A DNA stretch of 64,000 nucleotides from an uncultured Acidobacteriota bacterium (GTDB lineage: Bacteria > Acidobacteriota > Vicinamibacteria > Vicinamibacterales > Fen-181): positions 1,533,073 to 1,597,072 of the forward strand of contig CAVUTP010000014.1 in NCBI GenBank assembly GCA_963744445.1, written 5' to 3'. Positions within the stretch are counted from its first letter, which is position 1; each line of letters begins with the position of its first letter. Of the stretch, positions 1 to 11,255 are shown piece by piece. Position numbers and translations under genes: made by a program. A model generated the notes under the pieces. It was not told where the DNA came from and did no database searches. It worked only from the letters and a program-made list of their open reading frames with translations.

Positions 1-1286
1 GAGACGACGACCGGGACGGGCTGGTGGACGAGGACGCCGCGGACGACCTGGACGGCGACGGGAACATCTGCACGATGCGGCGAAAGGACCCGTTCGGCCA
101 GTACCGCACGCGACCCGGAGGACCCGCGGCTGATGGTGCGGGTCAAGCCGGGCGAGAAGGGCGAGTGGACGCTCCTCGGCGAGGAGGGCCTCGACAACGA
201 CAGCGACGGCGCGTCAACGAGGACGAGGAAGGCTACCTGGACGGCAACCGCAACTGGGGCAGCAACTGGGCGCCGCCGTACGTGCAGAGCGGCTCCGGCG
301 AGTACCCGTTCCAGGCGGCGGGCATGCGCGCGATCGCGAAGTTCCTCATCGACCGGCCGAACATCATCGTCGTCTTCGCGTTCCACAACAACGGCGGGAT
401 GTACCTGCGGGGGCCGAGCACCAAGGCGCAGGAGCCGATGAACCCGCACGACGTCGCCGTCTACGACATCCTCGGCAAGAACGCCGAGAAGATCGTGCCC
501 GGCTACCGCTACATGGTGTCGTGGAAGGACCTCTACCCGACCTACGGCGACTTCACGGACTTCACCGACAACGTCATCGGCGCCTACAGCTTCGTGGGCG
601 AGCTGTTCGTCACCGAGACCGAGACCTACCGGCCGCCGCCCAAGCCCGGCGCCCGGCCGCGGCGCCCGAGGACGACCGATGGACATGTGCGCGGAGCCGC
701 GACCAGGAGCGCGAGCGCCTGAAGTTCAGCGACAACGTCGCCCAGGGCGAGCTGTACCGGCCGTGGAAGCCGTTCAAGCACCCGCAGTTCGGCGACGATC
801 GAGATCGGCGGGCTGGGTGAAGATGAGCTCGCGGCTGCCGCACCCGTTCATGCTCACCGACCTCGTGCACCGCAACGCGTCGGCGGTGCTGTTCGCCGCG
901 TCGCAGACGCCGGCGATCACCCTCGAGGTGCTGCCGCCCGAGAAGATCGGCGGCGACCTGTACAAGGTGCGCGTGCGGCTGGTCAACGGCGGCGCGATGC
1001 CGTCGCTCACCTACACCGCCGTGCAGCGGAAGATCCACCCGCAGGACACGCTGAAGATGGCCGGCAAGACGGCGACGGTGGTGTCGGGCGGCCGCGTGAG
1101 CGGCATCGGCGATCGAGGAGGTGGCCTACAAGGCAGCACCGGCCCGAAGTCCAGTTCGTGCAGGTGCCCGGCCACGGCAAGGTCGAGTACGAGTTCCTCG
1201 TGTCGGGCAAGGGCGAGGTGACCGTCAGCTACCAGTCGATCAAGGCGGGGAAGCGAACGAAGACGGTGGTGCTGGCACTGCCGTGA
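1..1286 (+). pseudogene. M14 zinc carboxypeptidase-like gene, 5' partial at the window edge and broken into at least five reading frames
   Basis: Carboxypeptidase-like segments (YLDGNRNWGSNW, YPFQAAGMRAIAKFL, VVFAFHNNGGMYLRGPS, and a C-terminal domain LVNGGAMPSLTYTAV..VVSGGRVSGI) are spread over ORFs 24-722, 133-441, 521-820, 679-1221 and a final short frame ending near 1286. Confidence 0.5.
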
Positions 1287-1296
1287 CTCTGCCAGG

Positions 1297-1332
1297 ATTC
1301 GGAATCCCGAATCCTGAATCCTGAATCCTGAA
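1297..1332. repeat. Heptamer tandem array (GAATCCT-type, about 5 units)
   Basis: gattcggaatcccgaatcctgaatcctgaatcctgaagg lies immediately upstream of the next CDS. It resembles the array at 18154-18202. Confidence 0.8.
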
Positions 1333-1336
1333 GGCG

Positions 1337-2155
1337 ATGCCCGTCATCGAAGTCCCCGACGCCGGCGACCCGCGCCTCGCGGACTACCGCCACGTCCCCG
1401 ACCCGGAGCTCCTCCGGCGAGGGGAGATCTTCGTCGCCGAAGGGCGGGAGGTCGTTCGCACGCTGATCTCCCGATCACCGTACCGGGTGCGATCACTGCT
1501 CCTCACCGGCACGGCGTTCCGCGCGCTCGCGGACGTCATCGAGCCCCGGCTGGCCGGCCTGACCGTCTACGTCGTACCGGCAGGAAGCATCGAGAGCGTG
1601 ACCGGCTACAACATCCATCGGGGCTGTCTCGCGATTGGCGAGCGGCCGGCGCCGCTCCCCTGGGGTCAGGTCTTGAAAACTCAAGACCTGACCCCACGGC
1701 GCGTGGTGATTCTCGAGGGCGTCGGCAACGCCGACAACATGGGCGGGATCTTCCGGAACGCGGCCGCGTTCGGCGCCGTCATGGTGGTGCTGGGCCCGCG
1801 CTGCTGCGACCCGCTGTACCGCAAGGCCATTCGCGTCTCGATGGGCGCCGCGCTGCTGGTGCCCTTCGTTCACGTGGAGGAGCGGTGGCCGGACGTGCTC
1901 GGGGAACTGAGGGAGGCGGGCTTCCTGGTGATTGCTCTCACACCGGGCACCGGCGCGGTGGACGTGGAGGCCGCGGCGGCAGCCGCCCCTCCGCGGGTGG
2001 CCCTGCTTGCCGGCTCGGAGGGCGAGGGCCTGACGACGGCAGCCCTCGGGGCCTCGGACCTGCTCGTGCGGATCCCCACGGCGCCCGGGGCCGACTCCCT
2101 CAACGTCGCCACGGCGGTCGGCATCGCGCTGCACCGGCTGTTCCGGCAGGCCTAA
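1337..2155 (+). CDS. TrmH/SpoU-family RNA 2'-O-methyltransferase
   Basis: SpoU methylase motifs (VVILEGVGNADNMGGIFRNAAAFG, GSEGEGL, LNVATAVGIALH) are present. The ORF is intact at 272 aa. Confidence 0.85.
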   Translation: MPVIEVPDAGDPRLADYRHVPDPELLRRGEIFVAEGREVVRTLISRSPYRVRSLLLTGTAFRALADVIEPRLAGLTVYVVPAGSIESVTGYNIHRGCLAIGERPAPLPWGQVLKTQDLTPRRVVILEGVGNADNMGGIFRNAAAFGAVMVVLGPRCCDPLYRKAIRVSMGAALLVPFVHVEERWPDVLGELREAGFLVIALTPGTGAVDVEAAAAAAPPRVALLAGSEGEGLTTAALGASDLLVRIPTAPGADSLNVATAVGIALHRLFRQA

Positions 2156-2173
2156 ACGGCCTGCCCCGTCACG

Positions 2174-2208
2174 GGTCAACTGACCACTTATCGAGGGAGC
2201 AAGTTGCT
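2174..2208. repeat. Partial or rearranged copy of the dispersed palindromic element (CAACTGACCACTT..GGGAGCAAG)
   Basis: It shares the core TGACCACTT and GGGAGCAAG with the elements at 18065, 41198, 42271 and 44203. It sits between convergent genes. Confidence 0.5.
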
Positions 2209-2249
2209 ACCTTGTCACGTGGCCAGTTGCCACCTGACGCTCCTCCGAT

Positions 2250-3695
2250 TCAGTCCTCCGCCTCCTCCGACCACTCCAGGAACTGCTCGGCGAACCGCGC
2301 CATCGCCCGGACGTCGTCGAAGTTGCTCGCAAGGCCGAGCGACACTCGCACGGCTCCCGTGCTCTTGCCGTCGATGCAGCGGCGGAAGTCGTCGAACGTC
2401 ATCCTCCGGTGCGACCGCATGAAGCACGCGTCGAGCTCGCCCTTCGACAGGCCAAGGGCCGTCTCCCCCGCGCCGGGGTTGCAAAAGCAGCCGGTGCGCA
2501 GCGAGATGCGCTCGCGGTTGGCCTGCCGCTCGATCAGGCGGTGATCGATCGGGCGCCCGACCCTGTCCTGGAAGTTCAGCGCCAGCGTCGCCCCCCGGCG
2601 GTCGGTCGTGGCCGGCCCGTACAGCTGGATCAGCGGCTCGCCGTTGTCGTGCTGCAGCGATGTCAGGGCGTCGATGAGCCACCCCGCGAGGCAGGTGACG
2701 CGGGAATGGACGGCCTCGATGCCCACCGACTCGATCAGCTGCAGGCCGATGTCCACGGCCGGGATCGTGAGGTACGACTGCGTGCCCTCCTCGAATGCCG
2801 CGGGCCCCGGCGCCAGGTAGTGCCGGTCGGCCTGCACCGACGCCACCGTGATGGTGCCCCCGGCGAACCACGGCCGGTGCAGCTTCTCGAGCGCGCGGCG
2901 GCGGGCGAGCAGCGCGCCCACGCCGGTCGGGTAGCCGAACATCTTGTAGAAGGACAGGACCACGTAGTCCGGCTTCACGCGCCCGAGATCGAGTCGGTTG
3001 GTGGGCACGAATGCCGCCGCGTCGAGCAGGACGTCCCATCCGCGGCGTTGCGCCTGCTCGATCCAGTCGAGAGAATGCTGCACGCCCGAGAAGTTGGATT
3101 GCGCCGGGAAAGCAAACAGGCTCGGCCGTCCCAGCTGGATCGCCGACAGGAACGAGACGACGGCCTGGTCGTCCGCGCGCAGGTCGGGCGGCAGGACCGG
3201 GACGTACACGGTGCGGGCCCCGCGCACCCGCGCGAACTCGCGGATGCCGTTGACCGAGTTGTGATTGTCGAACGTCAGCAGGAACGTGCTCCCGGCCTCG
3301 AACGGGTACGACTCTCCCACCAGCTTGAGCGCCTGGCTTGCATTGGCGGTGAACACCAGCTCGTAATCGTCGGGCGAGGCGTTGAAGTGGGAGAGGACGT
3401 GCGCGCGGCACTGCTCGACCAGCTCCGCGGCCCTCGTTGAAGTGGGGTTCGAGGAGTGCGGGTTGCCGAAGACGTTGGAAAGCAGCTGCTCCGCGTGCCG
3501 GCGAACCTGCGAGTCCGCGTAGAGGCCGCCGCCGGTGTAGTCAAGGTAGACGTGGCCCTGGGCGTCCAGGCGCGCGAACTCCTTCGCCCTCAGGGCATCG
3601 AGGGCCGCGGTTCCCGCAAATGCCGGGTAGTGCTGGTGAAAGGCCGCCAGCCGGCCGGCACTGCCGTCTTCGATCGTGGTCACCATGCCCAACAC
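2250..3695 (-). CDS. Class V aminotransferase / cysteine-desulfurase-like PLP enzyme (molybdenum-cofactor-sulfurase N-domain type)
   Basis: 481 aa. The aminotransferase class V fold is visible (SFYKMFGYPTGVGALL lysine region, CFCNPGAGE C-terminal motif). Confidence 0.8.
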   Translation of the reverse strand: MLGMVTTIEDGSAGRLAAFHQHYPAFAGTAALDALRAKEFARLDAQGHVYLDYTGGGLYADSQVRRHAEQLLSNVFGNPHSSNPTSTRAAELVEQCRAHVLSHFNASPDDYELVFTANASQALKLVGESYPFEAGSTFLLTFDNHNSVNGIREFARVRGARTVYVPVLPPDLRADDQAVVSFLSAIQLGRPSLFAFPAQSNFSGVQHSLDWIEQAQRRGWDVLLDAAAFVPTNRLDLGRVKPDYVVLSFYKMFGYPTGVGALLARRRALEKLHRPWFAGGTITVASVQADRHYLAPGPAAFEEGTQSYLTIPAVDIGLQLIESVGIEAVHSRVTCLAGWLIDALTSLQHDNGEPLIQLYGPATTDRRGATLALNFQDRVGRPIDHRLIERQANRERISLRTGCFCNPGAGETALGLSKGELDACFMRSHRRMTFDDFRRCIDGKSTGAVRVSLGLASNFDDVRAMARFAEQFLEWSEEAED

Positions 3696-3888
3696 TTTGC
3701 CTCATCGTGGCCGCCGAGGACAACGCCTCCGTTCCCGCCCGACCTCGGCAGTCCTCCTTCGCTCGCCCGGGACGGGTGGGAGCTACGGCGTGGCCTCGCC
3801 GTGGCGCTCTCTCGCCTCGTCGGCGCGAAGGCGGGGCTGAGGTATCATTGGGGATACACGTCCACTCAGATTCGAACGGAGATCGCGC

Positions 3889-4374
3889 ATGCTCATCAGC
3901 AAGGAATTGAACGCCGCCATCAACGAGGAAATCGGCCTCGAGCTGTTCGCGTCGAACCAGTACCTGAACATCGCCTCCTACTTCGAGAGCCTCGCGCTCA
4001 GAAAGCTCGCGGGGATGTTCTACAAGCAGGCTGCAGAGGAGCGCGATCACGCGATCAAGTTCGTGAAGTACCTCGGCGATACGGGCGGAACGGTGGAGAT
4101 CCCCTCGATCCAGGCGCCGAAGGCCACATTCACGTCGGTGGAGGAGGCGGTCAAGAACTCGCTCGACTGGGAACTCGAGGTCACGCGGCGGATCAACAAC
4201 CTGATGGCGATGGCGATCAACCAGAAGGACTATGCGGCGCAGGACTTTCTGCGTTGGTTCGTCACAGAGCAGATCGAGGAGGTGTCCACCATGGACAACC
4301 TCCTGCGCGTCGTCCAGGCCGCCGGCGAGCGCAGCCTGATCGTCGTCGAGGCGTACCTGGTCCACCAGGACTGA
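3889..4374 (+). CDS. ftn: Ferritin (non-haem, Ftn type)
   Basis: 161 aa with ferritin di-iron ligand spacing (EEIGLELFASNQY, EERDHAIKFVKY, QKDYAAQDFLRWFVTEQIEE). Confidence 0.9.
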   Translation: MLISKELNAAINEEIGLELFASNQYLNIASYFESLALRKLAGMFYKQAAEERDHAIKFVKYLGDTGGTVEIPSIQAPKATFTSVEEAVKNSLDWELEVTRRINNLMAMAINQKDYAAQDFLRWFVTEQIEEVSTMDNLLRVVQAAGERSLIVVEAYLVHQD

Positions 4375-4376
4375 AA

Positions 4377-4408
4377 TCAGGCGGAGGGCGGAGGGCGGAG
4401 GGCGGACA
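4377..4408. repeat. Heptamer tandem array (GCGGAGG)x4, then a GC-rich hairpin between convergent genes
   Basis: caggcggagggcggagggcggagggcggac is followed by ggcggtccggcccgccggccgcc. This is a candidate bidirectional terminator. Confidence 0.7.
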
Positions 4409-4453
4409 CCGACCGACGGCGGTCCGGCCCGCCGGCCGCCTGCCGGCTGCCTT

Positions 4454-4915
4454 CTAGATCGGCAGCCTGAACCACGGCCGGCCGTTCGGCATGAACGGCC
4501 AGGGCGTGGCGAGGAGTAGCGCGAGAAGCGAGAGGCCAAACCACAGCCTCGCCCGCGCGCCGGCCCGGTCGCTCCCGGCGTACCGCGTGGCCGACCGGCC
4601 GACGTGCGCGAGCACGACGGCCAGCAGCATCAGCGCCGGATGCTCGACCGCCCAGAAGCGCGACGCCCCCGTCTGCATCGCCGCCCCGAAGTCCTGGAGG
4701 GCGGTCCGCGTGACCGGACTCAACCCCACGTAGAGCGCCAGGCCAAGCACCAGCTGGAGATCGAGGGCCACCATGAACAGCAGGCCAGGCCTCGCCTCGC
4801 CCGGCGTCCAGGAACGCCGGCTGGCCGCGGCGGCGGCCGTTGCGACGGCCCACAGGCCGAAGAGGATCACGACCCACCGGAGCAGCGAGTGCAGCGTCAG
4901 GACGATGTCGTACAT
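4454..4915 (-). CDS. Hypothetical polytopic membrane protein (internal start MYDIVLTL)
   Basis: About four hydrophobic helices. The supplied ORF 4454-5056 was trimmed to the first Met that precedes hydrophobic sequence. Confidence 0.4.
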   Translation of the reverse strand: MYDIVLTLHSLLRWVVILFGLWAVATAAAAASRRSWTPGEARPGLLFMVALDLQLVLGLALYVGLSPVTRTALQDFGAAMQTGASRFWAVEHPALMLLAVVLAHVGRSATRYAGSDRAGARARLWFGLSLLALLLATPWPFMPNGRPWFRLPI

Positions 4916-5076
4916 CGGCACCTCGGGTGCTGGGTCGCGCCGTGGATTGCGGGCCGCGACCGCCAGGGGTCGCGATTCAAAGTGGTGACCCCAACGCGGG
5001 CATCGTAAATCGCGGGGCCGCGAGATGGCAAATGCCGGTTCCGGGGCTCGCGGCACTTGGCGTACACTGAAGGCCG

Positions 5077-5496
5077 ATGGAACTTCGCGCCCTGCTCCTG
5101 CCCGAGCCGCCCCGGCGTCCGATTCACGGGCGGGCCTGGAACGTCGCCTGGCGGACGGCGCACCTCGCGGTGGTCGGTGTGTTGCTCGGGGGGCACGTGT
5201 TCAACGTCCCGCCAGACCGCCTGGTCGGCTGGCTGTGGGCCGCGGTCGTCACGGGCGGCGCCCTGATGCTCCTCGAGGCCTACACCACCCTCGACTGGTT
5301 CATGCAGGTGGGCGGCCTCTGCCTGCTCCTCAAGCTTGCCCTGCTGGTCCTCATCGTCTTCCAGTGGCACGCTCGCGTGCCGATCCTCTTCACCGTGGTC
5401 GCCATCGCGGGCATTGCCTCGCACATGCCAGGGCGCTACCGGCACTATTCGCTCTATTACCGCAGGAACATGAAAGGGCCGCCCCGGCTCGGGTGA
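5077..5496 (+). CDS. Hypothetical membrane protein (4 TM helices)
   Basis: 139 aa ORF with hydrophobic helices, divergent from the previous gene. Confidence 0.4.
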   Translation: MELRALLLPEPPRRPIHGRAWNVAWRTAHLAVVGVLLGGHVFNVPPDRLVGWLWAAVVTGGALMLLEAYTTLDWFMQVGGLCLLLKLALLVLIVFQWHARVPILFTVVAIAGIASHMPGRYRHYSLYYRRNMKGPPRLG

Positions 5497-5543
5497 GCTG
5501 CCCGCAGCCGCTTCCCTGCCAGGCCGGCCACAGGAGCCTCCCG

Positions 5544-6470
5544 ATGCCGACGACCCGTCTCGACACGCTCAAAGCCGTCCTCGGCGGTCTCATGGAACGC
5601 TACCGCGCGAACGTCCCCGACGTGCCGCGCCTCGTCGACGCCCTGCGCCGCGAGGGCGTCATCCGGGGCGAGGACGACATCGAGAACGACCATATCGCCT
5701 TCCGGACCCTCGGGGTGCCTCGGCTCGGCATCGCATCGCTCGAGCAGGTCTTCCTCCACTACGGCTACGAGCGACGCGACCGCTACGACTTCCCGCAGAA
5801 GAAGGTCAACGCCCACTGGTACGCGCCGCCCGCGGAGAACTTTCCTCGCATCTTCATCAGCGAGTTGCGGGTGGACGACTTGTCGCAAGAGGCCAGCCGC
5901 ATCATCCGCTCCTATACCGGCGGCGTCGCCGAGGACCCCGTCCGCGCACTGGACCTCGACGACCCCGCGCAGGTGGTCGCCTTCCTGCACGCGCCGCTCT
6001 GGCGCACCCCAACCTGGTCCGACTACACGCGCCTGCGCGACGAGAGCGAATTCGCCGCGTGGGTGATCTACAACCGCTACTACCTCAACCACTTCACGAT
6101 CGCGGTCCACAACCTGCCGCCCGGACTCGACACCGTCGAGGGCTTCAACCGCTTCCTGGAAGCGCACGGGTTCACGCTCAACGACTCGGGCGGGAAGGCC
6201 AAGGTGAGCGCCGACGGCAAGCTGGTGCAGAGCTCGACGGTCGCGGTGATGGCGGAAGCGGCATTCGACGACGGCCGGGGCGGCGTCGAGCGCCACGCGA
6301 TCCCTGGTTCGTACGTCGAGTTTGCCGAGCGCCGGGTGCTGGACCGGTTCGCGCACCTGGAGCGGCGCCAGATCCGGCGCGAGCACCGCCGGGAAGGCTT
6401 CGAGGCGGCCAGCGCCGACCGGATCTTCGAGAGCACGTTCACCTCCCAGACGGGGAAGAGGACGACATAG
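5544..6470 (+). CDS. DUF1338 / YdcJ-HglS-family protein (2-oxoadipate dioxygenase/decarboxylase-like)
   Basis: 309 aa. DUF1338-like motifs (IENDHIAFRTLG, FTIAVHNL, VEFAERR). The start is at MPTTRL inside the over-extended ORF 5025-6470. Confidence 0.65.
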   Translation: MPTTRLDTLKAVLGGLMERYRANVPDVPRLVDALRREGVIRGEDDIENDHIAFRTLGVPRLGIASLEQVFLHYGYERRDRYDFPQKKVNAHWYAPPAENFPRIFISELRVDDLSQEASRIIRSYTGGVAEDPVRALDLDDPAQVVAFLHAPLWRTPTWSDYTRLRDESEFAAWVIYNRYYLNHFTIAVHNLPPGLDTVEGFNRFLEAHGFTLNDSGGKAKVSADGKLVQSSTVAVMAEAAFDDGRGGVERHAIPGSYVEFAERRVLDRFAHLERRQIRREHRREGFEAASADRIFESTFTSQTGKRTT

Positions 6471-6500
6471 AGAATGCAGAATGCGCAATGCGGAATGCAG
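6471..6500. repeat. Heptamer tandem array (NGAATGC)x4
   Basis: agaatgcagaatgcgcaatgcggaatgcag lies directly after the stop codon at 6470. Confidence 0.75.
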
Positions 6501-6613
6501 GGCGATCGGCTCCTGGCTGCCGGAAGAGGGAGCTTTTTGACCTCTCCGCTGCGCACATTGTTCGCCCGGGACGTTGACTTTCGCGATCGGCCCCACCTAC
6601 ACTGGCGCCAGCT

Positions 6614-8735
<2,122 letters not shown>

Positions 8736-8928
8736 CGTGGTGCCAGGGGTGGGCTTGTGGCCTTCGTGCCTGTCGTTCTTCGTGGTCAAGACAAGTGAAT
8801 CCCCGTGTAGTCGGTGGTGTGTATTGACCGGTCTTCTCCCTGCCTGATCCGAGGAGGCCGCGCGCTGGCGCTCGGCACCATCACTCTTGGCACCACTGGC
8901 ACTGCACCTTCGGCACCCCCAGCGCCTT

Positions 8929-8942
8929 TAGCACCTTCAGCA
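8929..8942 (+). promoter_or_regulatory. Conserved 14-mer AGCACCTTCAGCAC inside a GCACC-rich upstream tract
   Basis: The identical 14-mer recurs at 11191-11204, upstream of the M28 peptidase gene. Confidence 0.4.
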
Positions 8943-8964
8943 CGACGTTGATCCAGAATGTCCC

Positions 8965-9931
8965 ATGCCCATCCCTCCCCGTGACGCCTTCCGCTCCCCG
9001 CGGTTCGCGCAGCCGGCGACCTTCATGCGACTGCCTTACAGGACCGACCTCGAGGGGGTGGACGTCGCGATTGTCGGCGTGCCCTTCGACAGTGGGACGT
9101 CGTACCGCTCGGGTACCCGGCTGGGTCCCCGGGAGATCCGCGCGCAGTCATCGCTCATCCGGACCTACAGCCATGCCCTCGGAGTGGCTCCCTTCGAGCG
9201 CTTGAGCGTGATCGACGCGGGGGACGTCGACGCCTCGCCGGTCAACCTGGAGATCGCGCACGCCGCGATCGAGGCCCGGATCGAGCGAGATCGCGGCGGC
9301 GGGCGCGACGCCGCTCGTGGTTGGCGGGGATCACAGCATCTCGCTGCCCGTTTTGCGGGCCCTATCCCACGTACACGGCCCGCTTGGCCTTCTGCAGTTC
9401 GACTCGCACATCGACACGTGGGGCGAGGACTTCGGGTCGAAGCTGTTCCACGGGTCGTCGTTCTACTACGCGGTCACCGAGGGGCTCGTCGACCCGACGC
9501 GCTTTGTGCAGGTTGGCATCCGCGGTCCGATGTACGGGCCCGACGACTTCGCGTTCCAGCGGGAGCACGGGATTACGGTGATCGACATCGACGAGGTTCA
9601 CCGAGAGGGTGTCGAGGCGGTGGGGAGCCGGGTCCGGGCGATACTCGGCGAGGGTCCAGCCTACGTGACGTTCGACATCGATGCGGTGGACCCCGCCTTC
9701 GCACCGGGCACCGGCACGCCGGAGGTCGGCGGGATCACCAGCCACCAGGCCCAGCAACTGCTCCGCGGCCTCGCCGGCCTCCGCCTGGCCGGCGCCGACA
9801 TCGTCGAAGTCGCGCCCCCGTTCGACGGCCCGGGGCACATCACGTCGCTGCTCGCCGCAAACCTGCTGTTCGAGTTGGTGTGCGTGATCGCGGCAGGACG
9901 CCGGGCACAGCCGGAGGGCGGCAGGCGGTAG
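8965..9931 (+). CDS. speB: Agmatinase/arginase-family ureohydrolase, with an apparent frameshift near 9290
   Basis: Ureohydrolase motifs are split over ORFs 8965-10143 (GVPFDSGTSYRSG) and 9317-9931 (GGDHSISLP, DSHIDT, DIDAVDP, SHQA). Confidence 0.8.
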
Positions 9932-9948
9932 GCGGAGAACGAGGCGAG

Positions 9949-9981
9949 GCGGGCGGCCGGACCGACGCCAGGCCGCCCCGC
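9949..9981. terminator. GC hairpin between convergent genes (GCGGGCGGCC / GGCCGCCCCGC)
   Basis: A 10 bp stem with a 12 nt loop sits between the agmatinase stop codon and the stop codon of the minus-strand lipoprotein gene. There is no clear U-tract. Confidence 0.45.
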
Positions 9982-9985
9982 TACC

Positions 9986-11074
9986 TTAGCGCACCGTCGA
10001 CGGCCTCGGGCCGCTTCCGAGCCACACGTTGCGGACAATCATGCCGGCGAAGGATCCGTCATCGGCACCGAACGCGCTGGAGTTGCTGCCGATGTAGGCG
10101 ACGTGCGGGTTCGGCGCGTACGGGCCGCCGCCCGCGGCGGTGATCGTCCGGTCGTAGATCGTCGTGCCGTTGATGCCCCCGGCCTTGACCAGCAGGCGAT
10201 ACGATGTGGCCGTCCAGCTGCCCTCCCAGAAGTAGGTCGTGGACGGGTTGAGGCTCATCACCGCCGAGGCCCGGCCGGCGAAATCGAACTCCAGCTTGTA
10301 GGCGGTGCTGCCCCAGACGGCCTTGAAGGCGACGCAGTTGTCCGGGTTCCCGTTGCTGCCTCGATACTGCGCGAACATCTCGAACGGGTTGTTCGTGATG
10401 CTCCCCGTGCCCTGCCCCATCGAGAAGATCGCCTGCTTGCCGCGCGGGCCGTTGGGAGCCAGGCCCTCGACCTCCATCGAGAACTGCCCGGCGGCCACCG
10501 TGGCCGGCAGTTGGTACCGGACGTACGAATTCGCGTTCTCGATCCGAATGCCGCGGCCGGGCACGAAGGTCGTCGAGCCGACCGGTTCGCCCACGGTGAA
10601 GCTGTCCGTGAGCAGGTCGAGCAGTTCGCCTGGGCGGTTGTAGCCCCCTTGCTTGGTCGTGAACTTCGCCGACACCCAGTCGGACGCCTCGCTGCCCTGC
10701 GTCATACGCGCTCGCCAGTAGTAGGTGGTCGGCGGCGGCAGGTCGACGTCCACGGTGACGTTGGTCTTGCCGGCCCCCTCGGCCACGTTCTGGCGGGTGA
10801 AGAGCGTGGACGTGAACGCGGAGTTGTTCGACACCTGGAACTCGTAGGTGCGGGCGCCGGCCTGCGGGGAGACACCGTTCACCACCACGAGGATCGGGCG
10901 CAGCGAGTTCACCAGCTGATTGTCGGCCGGTGAATCGATCGCGGGTGGCGAGAGCCGGGTCGTCGGGGCGGTGGGCGAGTCGCTCTTGTCGTCGCTGCAC
11001 GCGGTGACGAGCGCAAGGCACGTCATCACGACCAGGGCAGTCTTCGTTGCAATCTTCGGAGTCGTTCGGCTCAT
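9986..11074 (-). CDS. Secreted lipoprotein with FN3-like and concanavalin/LamG-like beta-sandwich regions
   Basis: Lipobox LVTAC after MSRTTPKIATKTALVV, followed by Ser/Thr-rich beta sequence. The start was chosen at Met37 of the supplied ORF. Confidence 0.55.
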   Translation of the reverse strand: MSRTTPKIATKTALVVMTCLALVTACSDDKSDSPTAPTTRLSPPAIDSPADNQLVNSLRPILVVVNGVSPQAGARTYEFQVSNNSAFTSTLFTRQNVAEGAGKTNVTVDVDLPPPTTYYWRARMTQGSEASDWVSAKFTTKQGGYNRPGELLDLLTDSFTVGEPVGSTTFVPGRGIRIENANSYVRYQLPATVAAGQFSMEVEGLAPNGPRGKQAIFSMGQGTGSITNNPFEMFAQYRGSNGNPDNCVAFKAVWGSTAYKLEFDFAGRASAVMSLNPSTTYFWEGSWTATSYRLLVKAGGINGTTIYDRTITAAGGGPYAPNPHVAYIGSNSSAFGADDGSFAGMIVRNVWLGSGPRPSTVR

Positions 11075-11190
11075 GAAACCTCTTGGGTGGGGAAGGAGTC
11101 GAGCTGACAAGATACACGCGAGCTTGAGGTGAGGGCAAGGCAGGACTATTCTTCCCTCGCCAACTTCCTCTGGCGGTGCCACACACCTCC

Positions 11191-11204
11191 AGCACCTTCA
11201 GCAC
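11191..11204 (+). promoter_or_regulatory. Second copy of the 14-mer AGCACCTTCAGCAC
   Basis: It matches 8929-8942 exactly and lies about 50 nt upstream of the M28 peptidase start codon. Confidence 0.4.
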
Positions 11205-11255
11205 CCTCGTCAGCACTGTTTGCGCTATCCTTTCCCGTCCCCACTCGGAGCCATC

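Noticed and set aside
3700-3888. A possible Fur box upstream of ferritin (ggtatcattggggatac)
   Set aside because: It matches the GATAATGATAATCATTATC consensus only partially (about 8 of 19), and ferritin genes are commonly Fur-independent or indirectly regulated.
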